Shown: piece by piece, positions 1-11,233 of the stretch | Position numbering within the stretch: position 1 is the stretch's first letter | Layout: every line of letters begins with the position of its first letter | Origin: Psammoneis japonica | Taxonomy: Eukaryota | Direction of reading: 5' to 3' | NCBI GenBank assembly: GCA_008632985.1 | Contig: QPGO01000042.1 | Coordinates: 434,001 to 498,000 of the forward strand | DNA length: 64,000 bases | Position numbers and translations under genes: made by a program | Notes under the pieces: model-generated | The model's input: only the letters and a program-made list of their open reading frames with translations | The model's database searches: none | Told to the model about the DNA's origin: nothing

Positions 1-128
1 CCGTAAAATGACACAAAACATCGAAAAAATCACGTAGAAATCTACGTGCGCGACATGCGACGTGATTCAAAAAACTGTCGATGTCACAGTTCAGCAGTGC
101 GAGGTCCCACCTGGACCTGGAACACGTC
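1..128 (+). mobile_element. Right end of a TIR (MITE-like) element of the GACGGGTTCCAG family
   Basis: Ends GTCCCACCTGGACCTGGAACACGTC, homologous to the right end of the 269-665 copy. It keeps TA sites (CACGTAGAAATCTACGTG) that read CACGCAGAAATGTGCGTG in that copy. Confidence 0.6.
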
Positions 129-1533
129 CCAACCAACCAACCAACCAAGAGACGTGACTTGATGTCCAGCAATGAAGAAATGAGATGGGACACAGCAGTC
201 GCCCCATGAAGAATGTTGGTGCATGGTCAGTTGGTCGGAGGGTCGGCGGGTCGGTGGGTTCGCGGGTCGACGGGTTCCAGCCCTGGGTGGGACTCCGTGT
301 GACATTGGGCCCGTAGAATTCCACGTGCGAGCTCCGCAGTAAATTTGTGCTGCAATGAAAACATGAATGATCGCCAACAGAAAAAGAGGCAATTTTGCGA
401 ACACATCTCCTCCTTCACACTTGGAGCACATCATTGATGGTTTGCCCGGGTGTGTTCTTCAGACATCAAAGAATGCACCCAGTGCATTTTCATTCTCACA
501 AATGTTGAAAATAGAAAGCCTTTGGCTTCACAAAACAGGGAGCATGAAACAATTTCGCACAATTTTACACGCAGAAATGTGCGTGCGCAACATGCGACGC
601 GATCCAAAAAACTGTTGATGTCACAGTGCAGTGGTGCAAGGTCCCACCTAGAGCTGGAATGCGTGGGTCGGCGGGTCGGTGGGTCGGCGGGTCAGTGGGT
701 CGGCAGGTCGGCGGGTCGGNNNNNNNNNNNNNNNNNNNNNNNNNNNNNNNNNNNNNNNNNNNNNNNNNNNNNNNNNNNNNNNNNNNNNNNNNNNNNNNNN
801 NNNNNNNNNNNNNNNNNNNNNNNNNNNNNNNNNNNNNNNNNNNNNNNNNNNNNNNNNNNNNNNNNNNNNNNNNNNNNNNNNNNNNNNNNNNNNNNNNNNN
901 NNNNNNNNNNNNNNNNNNNNNNNNNNNNNNNNNNNNNNNNNNNNNNNNNNNNNNNNNNNNNNNNNNNNNNNNNNNNNNNNNNNNNNNNNNNNNNNNNNNN
1001 NNNNNNNNNNNNNNNNNNGCAGAATTCTGTGCAACTTCATTTTTAAGACTTCAATCTTTCGCAATTGGAAAAATTTCTTTCAAATGGATGTTGCAAAAGC
1101 CTGTGATGGGAGAAGGTTCTCGCACATTGTAGATTTGCGTCAGAACATTCACGGTGAGATCCACTGGTTCTTCCCACACTCATTTGTCCAAGGAACTTTT
1201 CAAAAGGATTTCAAACCTCTCAGTTGGTTGGTCAGTGGGTTGGTTGGTCAGTGAGTCGGAGGGTCAGTGGGTCGGTGGGTCGGTGGGTCGGCGGGTCGGN
1301 NNNNNNNNNNNNNNNNNNNNNNNNNNNNNNNNNNNNNNNNNNNNNNNNNNNNNNNNNNNNNNNNNNNNNNNNNNNNNNNNNNNNNNNNNNNNNNNNNNNN
1401 NNNNNNNNNNNNNNNNNNNNNNNNNNNNNNNNNNNNNNNNNNNNNNNNNNNNNNNNNNNNNNNNNNNNNNNNNNNNNNNNNNNNNNNNNNNNNNNCCGAC
1501 CCACCGACCAAGCAACCAACCAACCAACCAACC
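129..1533. repeat. (CCAA/CCGA)n - (GGTT/GGTC GGYR)n low-complexity arrays, interrupted by N gaps and a MITE
   Basis: Tetramer arrays at about 129-147, 226-268, 666-719, 1222-1299 and 1496-1533. Confidence 0.8.
269..665 (+). mobile_element. ~397-bp MITE with ~25-bp imperfect TIRs
   Basis: Left end GACGGGTTCCAGCCCTGGGTGGGAC, right end GTCCCACCTAGAGCTGGAATGCGTG, flanked by GGTC/GGTC. A full-length reverse-complement copy lies at 60486-60884. Confidence 0.75.
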
Positions 1534-2623
1534 AAGAGACGTGACTTGATGTCCAGCAATGAAGAAACAAGATGGGGCACAGCAATTGCCCCATGAAGAA
1601 TGTTGGTGCACTCTTCGACACCAACATGTTCCAGCTGAGTGCCAATCACATTGAAAATGTGGCACTGTGAATGGAGTCAACAACAGGACCAGTGGCCCTT
1701 GGATCACATTGTTGCACCATTGACTCCAATCAAGTGACAGCCACAGCAATGCATCCAAACCAAAAGAATGCAACCCACTCAATCTTCTTCTCAAGAGGTT
1801 TGAAATCCTTTTGAAAAGTTCCTTGGACAAATGAGTGTGGGAAGAACCAGCGGATCTCACCGTGAATGCTCTGAAGCAAATCTGCAATGCGTGAGAACCT
1901 TCTCCCATCACAGGCTTTGGCCGCATCCACTTGAAAGAATTTTTTCCATTTGTTGAAGATTGAAGTCTTAAAAATGAAGTTGCACAGAATTCTGCGAGCC
2001 GAGTGTCACAAAACGTCCCACCTGGGACTGGAGCCCATCAGGNNNNNNNNNNNNNNNNNNNNNNNNNNNNNNNNNNNNNNNNNNNNNNNNNNNNNNNNNN
2101 NNNNNNNNNNNNNNNNNNNNNNNNNNNNNNNNNNNNNNNNNNNNNNNNNNNNNNNNNNNNNNNNNNNNNNNNNNNNNNNNNNNNNNNNNNNNNNNNNNNN
2201 NNNNNNNNNNNNNNNNNNNNNNNNNNNNNNNNNNNNNNNNNNNNNNNNNNNNNNNNNNNNNNNNNNNNNNNNNNNNNNNNNNNNNNNNNNNNNNNNNNNN
2301 NNNNNNNNNNNNNNNNNNNNNNNNNNNNNNNNNNNNNNNNNNNNNNNNNNNNNNNNNNNNNNNNNNNNNNNNNNNNNNNNNNNNNNNNNNNNNNNNNNNN
2401 NNNNNNNNNNNNNNNNNNNNNNNNNNNNNNNNNNNNNNNNNNNNNNNNNNNNNNNNNNNNNNNNNNNNNNNNNNNNNNNNNNNNNNNNNNNNNNNNNNNN
2501 NNNNNNNNNNNNNNNNNNNNNNNNNNNNNNNNNNNNNNNNNNNNNNNNNNNNNNNNNNNNNNNNNNNNNNNNNNNNNNNNNNNNNNNNNNNNNNNNNNNN
2601 NNNNNNNNNNNNNNNNNNNNNNN
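720..2623. other. Assembly gaps (N runs 720-1018, 1300-1495, 2043-2623)
   Basis: Runs of N; ORFs spanning them are artefacts. Confidence 0.99.
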
Positions 2624-3560
2624 AAGCATTCAGCCAACTTGCTGTGAAGAAAATTGAGCCTTTTGAAATCCTGCAACAATGACCTGCCTTTAAAACAAGA
2701 CAATGACATTTCCTCCAAATTGCCAGATGCAACACATCTTGCCAACACTTTTTGTGGAGGTGAGCAAGATCAAAAAGTGCTCATGTCACAAGGACAAAAT
2801 TGTCTTGTCTGAAGACGCTTTGAAAAAATTGGCGACAGATTGGTGCACAATGCGCGCCCACTTCACACTGGAAAAAAAGACAGTCTCGCAACACCCGCGC
2901 AGTTGCAGTGTAAAATGTGCAAGGCAAGACACAAACAAACAATGTCACTCTCAAAAGACATTTGGAAATTGGAGTGACCCTGTGTGGCCACACAAAACAA
3001 CAACAGTCATTGCCAGCGGCACAATGCAGCCAATGTGGAGACATCATTGATGCTGTCAATGTCTGTTGAACAACTCAACTTGACAAATGACTCCAATGTT
3101 CAATTGGGGAGGCAATTGACAGACAATGTTGCCATTTCATGCATCAACGCCAATGGTGTTTGTGCTGTCTGTTGTCATGATCACATTCTCCAAAAGGCCA
3201 TTTGTCTGCAGAAGCAATGCAGAAGCTTCAGGCCATTGAAGGCTCATTCCGGGAAACAAAAAATCACCGAGCAAAATTTGATCTCACATTTTCCACTTCA
3301 CACTGGAAAAAAAGACAGTCTCGCAACACCCGTGCAGGTGCAGTGTAAAATGCACAAGGCAAGACACAAACAAACAATGTCACTCTCAAAAGACATTTGG
3401 AAATTGGAGCGGCCCTGTGTGGCCCACACAAAACAACAACAGTCATTGCCAGCGGCACAATGCAGTCAACGTGGAGACAACATCAATGCTGTCAATGTCT
3501 GTTGAACAACTCAACTTGACAAATGGCTCCAATGTTTGGTCTCACATTTTCCACTTTTTG
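2624..3560 (+). repeat. Decayed repeat of the same family as 21440-21790, with an internal duplication (~2860-3100 vs ~3295-3535)
   Basis: Near-identical to 21440-21790 (GCATTCAGCCAACTTGCTGTGAAGAAAATTGAGCC...); TA-depleted. Confidence 0.75.
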
Positions 3561-4069
3561 CACTTTGTTCTGCTTTCCTTTGCACTTGTTCTTTGAGCAC
3601 AGTGCACCAGAGCAGATGTTTGAAAGGTTCCTTTGCACTGAGTGATGTTTTGATGTGTCCCAGAGAAACAGATTGATGTTGAGTTCAGGATGCCTTGCAA
3701 AGTGCAATGTGTTTTTGCCAAAAATGAGCACAGTGCATTGTGCACACACACCACAGAAGGTGAAATGGTGCTGAACTTGTTGGCGCCATTGGGTTTTGTC
3801 ATTCAGTGCACAACATGCGTGATCACAGCCACAACTTGTGGCAGCAACTGCGGTCTTCCCAGGGCCAGCTGGCGACAAATTGACTGTCGCAGCTGAGTTT
3901 GCGTCCAGTGCTGTGAAAGCTGTTGTTGGCAAGCAAGCTGAACCTCAAGAAGGCCTTGAGGGAATGGAGCAAAGAGGCAGAACACACGGTCAATTTGGGC
4001 TTGCCTTGAGAGAATGTTGCAGCTGGCAACAAAATGCAACGTCTCACATTCAGCCAGCAAGCCAGTCAT

Positions 4070-4750
4070 TCAGTCGGCGGGTTGGCTGGTCGGTTGGTCG
4101 GCTGGTCCGCTGGTCGGCTGGTTGGTTGATCGGTTGGTCAGTTGGTTGGTTGGTCGGTTGGCTGGTTGGTCTGTTGGTCGGTTGGTCGGTTGGTTGGTTG
4201 GTCGGTTGGTTGGTTGGTTGGGGTTGGTTGGTTGGTTGGTCGGTTGGTCGGTTGGTTGGTTGGTTGGTCAGTTGGTTGGTTGGTTGGCGATTGCTGGGTG
4301 ATCCATTCAACAGTTTTTGACATTTTTTTCTTCTGCATCATTTGCAAATGCATTGAGAATGGCGCAGGGCAGGCAGATTGCCAAAAACTTTGAGTGTGGA
4401 CAGGCACAAATGCACTTGAAGATGAAAATGTCCATCAATGAAATTCTTGCACTGCAGAGCTGGCTCGCACGTAGAATTCTGCAGGCCGAGTGTCACAAAA
4501 CATCCCACCCAGGACTGGAACCCGTCAGGGACAAGAACAACCAGGGCATGGAATGAAAGAGAACTTAAGCGCCGACCCACCGACCCACCAACCCGCCGTC
4601 CCGACGTCCTGCCGACCTGCTGACCTGCCGACCCACCGACCCGCCAACCTGCCAACCCGCTGACCCGCCGACCCACCGACCCACCGACCTGCCGACCCAC
4701 CGACCCACCGACCCACTGACCAAGCAACCAACCAACCAACCAACCAAGAG
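4070..4750. repeat. Converging (GGTT/GGTC)n and (CCGA/CCAA)n arrays with a MITE-family end (..GGACTGGAACCCGTC, 4526) between them
   Basis: Arrays at about 4070-4287 and 4571-4746. Confidence 0.8.
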
Positions 4751-4833
4751 ACGTGACTTGATGTCCAGCAATGAAGAAACAAGATGGGGCACAGCAATTG
4801 CCCCATGAAGAATGTTGGTGCACTCTTCGACAC

Positions 4834-6945
4834 CAACATGTTCCAGCTGAGTGCCAATCACATTGAAAATGTGGCGCTGTGAATGGAGTCAACAACAGGA
4901 CCAGTGGCCCTTGGATCACATTGTTGCACCATTGACTCCAATCAAGTGACAGCCACAGCAATGCATCAAAACCAAAAGAATGCAACCCACTCAATCTTCT
5001 TCTCAAGAGGTTTGAAATCCTTTTGAAAAGTTCCTTGGACAAATGAGTGTGGGAAGAACCAGTGGATCTCACCGTGAAAAATCTGACACAATTCTACAAT
5101 GCGTGAGAACCTTCTCCCATCACAGTCTTTGGTGGCATCCATTTGAAAGAAATTTTTCCAATTGTGAAAGATTGAAGTTTTAAAAATGAAGTTGCTCAGC
5201 ATGGGTTGCTCTGAGACTCATTGTCAAAGGAAAAAGGGTCAAGTTTGACCTTGTCCAACTCTCAGAAGCTCAGCAAAAGGTTCGCACACATGGTGAGCCC
5301 TTTGCTCAACATTCAGCATTTTGTCACCTTTGTAAAAAAAAATTGAACAGACATTCACACAACCAGAAAAGCCACTTTGAAGGCAGACAACCAAAAGTCC
5401 TTCACCGCTTGGCTTGAAACAAACCATCAAGACTTCCACACATGATGGTGTGCACCCAACTGCAAAGAAAATGGAGGCAACTCAGGTGATCACAACACTG
5501 AAAAAAAAAAAAAACAAAGAACATTGCAACATCTTGTCTCAACACACATCGCTGATGTCAAGACATGCAGCCTCAATGATCTCACACACTTCAAGCCAAA
5601 TCCACCTCAACGAAGGTCAAGTGCGGAACAAAAATCTCCAAAAACATGCAGTGCATCATGTCAAAAACTGCACCACCATCATGCCTGAAATTTGGCACTC
5701 ACATCACAACGGAAAAAGAGCTTCTGTCCATGGTGGAAACACTTGGGAAATTCCGGAATGCACTGTTTGGCCAACACTTTGACGTGTGATCTCCTGCACA
5801 CTTCAAGCCAAATCCACCTCAATGAAGGTCAAGTGCAGAACAAAAGTCTCCAAGAACATGGAGTGCATCTCAGTTTGGTTTTGCCGTGTTTTTGAACAAA
5901 AATCCAGGGGATTGCCACCTTTTACCCTGTTTTTCTGTGGAAAGGGTGAATTCCCAGGGAGTTGCCACAAGCTGCCCTTCATCACATGTGCGCTCAATGC
6001 ACGAATAAAAAACAACACATTGGCAATTCCCCGTGCTTCCCCTCTCGTGCATTTCTGCATGTTCTGCATGCCAGCACGTGCGGAGCCACACATCAGATGC
6101 ACAAATCAACAACCGAACAACGCAACAAAAATGGGCAACACGCCATGGAGCATTTGCATCCCATTTGTGACGGCTTTTGTCAAACAATGATGACACTGGT
6201 CAATCCAGTGAACAACATTGTGATCGACAGCACAAAATGTAAAATGAGCAGAAGCTTGACCGATTGCGCTCAGAAAACTGGTGTGTTGATGGATCGTTGC
6301 ACTCACTCTTTTGTTGTGAGGCCACAAATGTGAGCCACGCGGCATCCATGGTGAAGTCCAAGGCAAAAGCAGAACCATGCATGGCTGATAAAAACATGAT
6401 GGATTGAATGGTCTTGCTCAATTTTCCAATTGACACATCTTGTGCGCAGAATGAAGCAAATCATTTAGAGTCACTTTGACGTTGTGCAGCTGCAAATGCA
6501 AACCATGAGGCACCTGGAGTGAAGGCTGAGGAAAAAGCAGAGCCTCACAAGGCTGCTAAAAAAATGGTGGATTGAGTGGTCATGCTCATTCTTTCCTTTG
6601 ACCTGTCTTGTGTGCAGAACACAGTGTGCCATGTGTTCCTTCTTGACAGAATTCTAAGAAGAATTAAAGGTGCATGTCACTCTCTGGCTGAAACATGTGT
6701 GACCATGTACAAAAAGCCTGTCAGTTTGAAGAAAGCGGTAAATGGTTTAGTCGGTAACCGGTTATAAGAGGACCTAGGTTCGATTCCTGGGTATCGCAAT
6801 TTTTCAGGTTGATGGGTCGGATTTAATCGAGTTGGTCAATCTTGTTTAAATCCTGTCATGGTGCGAGGACCGTTGATGATTTGAACCTAGGTGTGTGTGC
6901 TCCTTCAAGATGACTCTAAAACTGAGGAGAGGCTGCGGTGAGACA
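4834..6945 (+). repeat. 2.1-kb direct repeat, copy 1 (copy 2 at 11234-13345)
   Basis: Colinear at an exact offset of 6400 with about 8 substitutions. Includes a gypsy RNase H remnant, a TRIM LTR and the TRIM PBS. Confidence 0.95.
6644..6945 (+). mobile_element. Truncated TRIM copy (5' LTR 6644-6858, PBS, start of internal region)
   Basis: Identical to 13044-13345, including the two TA>CA changes; breaks off at 6945. Confidence 0.9.
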
Positions 6946-8108
6946 AAGAATTCCGCAACGCTTTTCATCGAAAGCGGGACGTAAATCTGTACATTCAGGG
7001 AGGCAAAGTCGTTTGGGAATTTGCATACAGTGCTCTCGTGATCCGTGCAATCAAAGATCATATCAAGGGAAGGGCTTGGAATCCCAGTTTGGGAAGCAAA
7101 GGATGTTGGACGAGTCCTCTGGAGAGTCTCCCCGACGCTATTGCCCTCTACGAGTTTATGGGCCGCAAAGTTGACGAAAAGATGAAGAAGCGAGCAGAAG
7201 AAATTGAACGTACTTTTGGTGGTACACGCGCTTCTGATGGAATCAAGCTCACCCTTCGACTTGCTCTGAAGCAAGAAGTCGATGAAAACCAGGTGAATTC
7301 ATTGGGCTCCATTGATGTCACATTTCTCTACGACGCGCAAGTCGTTTCTGCTATCAAGATGTTGTCACCATTGCAGCGCTCATTCGATCCTCCAACAAAG
7401 ACGTGGAAGGTGGATGTGCTAGCGCTTCCTGACTTCCTCGACCAGATGGAACCGCTTGGGTACAAAAGATCTACTCATCTTGCAGCGGTAGCACAAGCCT
7501 GCTCGGACCTGCAAAAGCTCATGAGTGACTCGCTTAAGTATTCGATGTTGGTCGAACCCGGTCTTGAGGACTACGAGCTAGTTGAGGACGAACCATTAGA
7601 ACCTGTCGCTGTTGAGGACCTTGAGGCGGCGCTCAAAAAGCTGCTTGTGCTGGTAGGCGACAAGTCTCACTCCGCTGGAAAGCTTGATCGGTCCGATTGT
7701 GGGGAAGCGAAAAGACGTCGCCTGTCATCCAATAGCTTTGTCGGTGGTTATTTCGGTGATTTTGACTCCTTTTCTTCGTTTGCCAGGAATCACGTTCGAC
7801 GGTCAAAGGGGAAAAGGTCGAGGGACTCAACCCCAGCCAATTGCGACTGCGGTCAGCCGTGGAAACAAGTTGGTGGGAGGCACGTGTGTCGTTACTTTGG
7901 AACGTTCCATTGTCCTTGTGGCAATCAGTGGACTAGTGCCTATTGTTGGAAGGGCGAAAAACAAGCTTGCAGGAACTGCGACACGGAGAGTCTTCCAGCC
8001 AAAATCGACCCGTTGGACGGACGCCCCCCGATGAACACAGCCGGCGGTCACCACGATTCGGCCAGATGCGCCATGTGCAAGAGACTCGGCTATGATTGCA
8101 GCCTTTAA
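6945..8108 (+). CDS. 5'-truncated protein with two HARP-like repeats and a C-terminal 3CxxC (ZAR1-like) zinc finger
   Basis: Frame is open from the repeat junction (KEFRNAFHRKRDVNLYIQGGKVVWEFAYSALVIRAIKDHIKGRAWNP) with no ATG. Second repeat TFLYDAQVVSAIKMLSPLQRSFDPPTKTWKV. C-terminus YFGTFHCPCGNQWTSAYCW..QACRNC..HHDSARCAMCKRLGYDC. Confidence 0.7.
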   Translation, partial: KEFRNAFHRKRDVNLYIQGGKVVWEFAYSALVIRAIKDHIKGRAWNPSLGSKGCWTSPLESLPDAIALYEFMGRKVDEKMKKRAEEIERTFGGTRASDGIKLTLRLALKQEVDENQVNSLGSIDVTFLYDAQVVSAIKMLSPLQRSFDPPTKTWKVDVLALPDFLDQMEPLGYKRSTHLAAVAQACSDLQKLMSDSLKYSMLVEPGLEDYELVEDEPLEPVAVEDLEAALKKLLVLVGDKSHSAGKLDRSDCGEAKRRRLSSNSFVGGYFGDFDSFSSFARNHVRRSKGKRSRDSTPANCDCGQPWKQVGGRHVCRYFGTFHCPCGNQWTSAYCWKGEKQACRNCDTESLPAKIDPLDGRPPMNTAGGHHDSARCAMCKRLGYDCSL

Positions 8109-8223
8109 ATCATTGTTCATGTGTTTTGCATATTATTTACTCGTAGTTTTGTCCATAGTTTTCAGAGTACTCATTGTTTTGTTGGACTGGTAGCACTAAG
8201 GAATAATATACTATCAAGGTAAA

Positions 8224-11208
8224 CTACATTGAGCTCAGCGCTTCCTTTGTCTTTGTAAGGAGAGCCTCGAGCTGACGAACCTCGTCTGGAAGACTTGAGT
8301 CGTCGACATACGCTGCGCGAATCTTTTTCAGGACTCCGCTTATGAGAAACTTACTCTTTGTTAGGCCCTCTTTGCTTGATTTCGATTCGTGGTAATGTGC
8401 GATTTGTGAAACTACTGCGAAAATTTTGTGAACAAGATCCTCTTCCTTCTCCCAACCACCAATAGCCTGAAGTGCACGGTATTCCTTCATGAGGTTTTGA
8501 TACACTTCGTCGTCACGTCCAATCCTGTCATTGAAATACGCAAGTGCTTCCCAGATCCATGGTTCCGTCTTCGAAGTGGAACTTAGGCGATTCAGCAGCT
8601 CGTTGACACGTGAAAGAGTCCGTGCAGATGAGTCTAATGCCGCTGCGTCGCCTTTCGAGGCTATATTTTCATCCAGAGCTCCACCAATAATTGCTCTGAC
8701 ACATCGTTCTTCCAACTGAGGGATCGCGTCGGAAGTCTTCTGGCTTGCTTTCATATCGAGCAGTACGTGACAAGCTTGGATGGCTTCGTCATATTTCTTC
8801 AGATCGATGCAGGTATACAGTTTGCTTTCCCAGACCCGCCAGTTATTTCGGTTCTGCTTCAACGACTGATACAGCAACGATAACAACACCAGCAGAACAG
8901 CAAAGATTAGTCATGCAGATCGTCATGCAGGGAAAAAACAAGACCTGCGCCCGAGTCTTACCTCCACTAACGCAGGGTACGCTTCAGATGGATTCTTGTT
9001 GTGAAGGTGGATAGCTGCCACATTTGCCCAGGCATCAGCCTCTTCGGGTTCTTGCAAGACAACTTCCGAGAAAGCCTTCAGGGCTGTTTCCCATTCCTCG
9101 AGCTGCATGCTAACGGTTCCCAAACGAAACCATACTGCGGGCATCAACGGCTTCACCTTTAGCGCTTTCTTGAAATTATCGGAAGCAGCTCTTAATTCCC
9201 CACGATCAAAATAATACTTTCCTAGCGCAACATACGCACTGGAGAATCTTCCGTTGGACAGCTCCAGAGACTTCTCGTAGTGAGACGGGTCATTCGTTAG
9301 ATCGCCAAGAGCAGCCCACATGCGAGGGGTTTCTGATATGGCCAATCTATCCCTCACTATTTGCTCTGCCTTGCTTTCCTTCCCTGCATGTCGGTAACAT
9401 TCCACAACTTCATCCCATAGCTCAAGTTCTTCAAAAATTTCTGCTGCGCTCGTGACCACTCCAATCTTTGCGCAACGCTCGGCCAAATCACGAAGCATGG
9501 CCCAGCGAGGAGGATAGACTATTGTATGGAGGTTTTGAAGACGCTCTTGAGGGGGCGCCGAATCCTCAACACTTTTAAACGTCGATTGAGTTATGGTCAA
9601 TCGATTCGAGTGCTGATCCGTTAAAGCTTGTATTTGAAGGATCGCTCGTTCACGACCATGTGTCCTTTCGCACTCCAACCACGCTCGTTCCAGCAGAGCC
9701 GTCGAGTATACCATCCAGTCGTCGTGATGTTGCAACACACGCGCCAGATAAGCCGCCATCTGTTCCCCAGTTAGACCATCTTTGGGGTTATTATTCTTTA
9801 CGTCCAAACAAAGTGCCAGAATGATTGCTTGGTCGAGAATGTTCAAATCTTCAATCTGGTTCTCCTTTTCATCGTTGTATTCTATGTTTTCGAGCAGAAT
9901 TTCGTCCTCTCCATGCTCAACCATCTGTTGCTTGATTTGGCTTCTCCTTTCGTCACTACTGGGGGACATATCGTTGGTCTTGGAAGCCTCAGGAGGAGTC
10001 ACAGATTTCGCCCGTACAAGCATCTGCGCCGTAGCTTCTTGTTGAAACTTTGTGCGTTTCCCTTCAGCACCCGTTACTTCGACCACAAGACCAGAGAACT
10101 CCATTGATTTCAAAAACATTGCTTTGCCTTTCCCTTCTCGGTCAAAATGGTGGTTTGCAAGGCCCCACTCAAGCATAATTGCGGCCGCCAGATTCCTCTC
10201 CTGGTAGTGCTTTGTCAGATCCAGTTTTGCCGATTCTACCTCGTCACAGAATGACGCTACACAATTTTGGAACATTGCGTCGACTTCATTCCATAAAGTT
10301 ACCGAGGGATAGCGAGATTGAAGAAGTCTTTGATGGGCGACCGCAGCACGTGCGCTCCACAAATGAGCAACAGCGAGGTGAGCGGAAGCTCTGACAAAGT
10401 CACTTGGTGGCTTCGCTAATGCTTCAGGTTGTTCGGACCCAGAAGAGCTCGTCCAAACTGGGCGATTTGGATCTGCTAATGTCAAAAGTATCGAACGCGC
10501 CAGAAGAAGGAAATATGGAACAAGACATACTTGGCATGGCCACTCTCCATCCACTGTGAGTTCGGACAAGACAGCATTTTGGTATTTTGTATTCATCGTT
10601 GGTCGAGTTGACGTCGCAGCGTTTTCTTCCTTAGAGTCATTTTTCTCTTCTGGCACACACGAATCACATACTGATACTGCAAGCTTATTTTGAAAGCAAT
10701 TGTGCGGGTTGATATCCTTGATTGGGTCCTCGCGGACTTGCGCCGGTGTCATTCCCCAATCGAGCGACGGACCGGTGTAATTTAGCTGAAGAAACAAGTT
10801 CAGCGCTGCCACGCCCAGGAGTTCTACTTCCACACAAGAAGCTACCGAAGAGCAGTACGCGTAGACCGCTTTACGAAGTAGCTGTGGGACACTCTTGTTT
10901 GCATCTTTGTCGATTGCGTCTAGGATTCTTTGCGCGGTTTCTCCCTTGAGAACCTGGGCGTACTGACCAGATGAGATAGACTCACACAATCCTCGAATCC
11001 TTGAAAGACATTCATCCTCATCAACAAGAGACGCTATTTCACACGATGTACTAGCGGTTTGTAAAAGAACAGACCGCTCGAACTCAAGTGCTTTCTTGTC
11101 GATATCACTCAATTCCACGTCGTCGTCGACTGCGGGAGCAGCCTCGTCGAAATTCACTCCAGCAAAATCAATTGCTGCAAAAGCAACGTCGCTATCGTCA
11201 CTAGCCAT
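8224..11208 (-). CDS. TTC27: Tetratricopeptide repeat protein TTC27/Emw1 homolog (exons 11208-8962 and 8865-8224)
   Basis: Motifs LNLFLQLNYTGP, VTGAEGKRTKFQQ, DWMVYSTALLERAWLE, RAILQIQAL and TPRs (WFRLGTVSMQLEEW, AWANVAAI). A GTAAG..CAG intron at 8961-8866 joins ALVE|SLKQNRNNWRVWE in frame. Confidence 0.9.
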
Positions 11209-11233
11209 ATCTGCAATACTTTTGCAGTACACG

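Noticed and set aside
450..2748. Long ORFs containing X runs
   Set aside because: Artefacts of N gaps.
4070..4290. Telomeric repeat or CRISPR array
   Set aside because: GGTT/GGTC tetramers are not TTAGGG-type and have no repeat-spacer structure.
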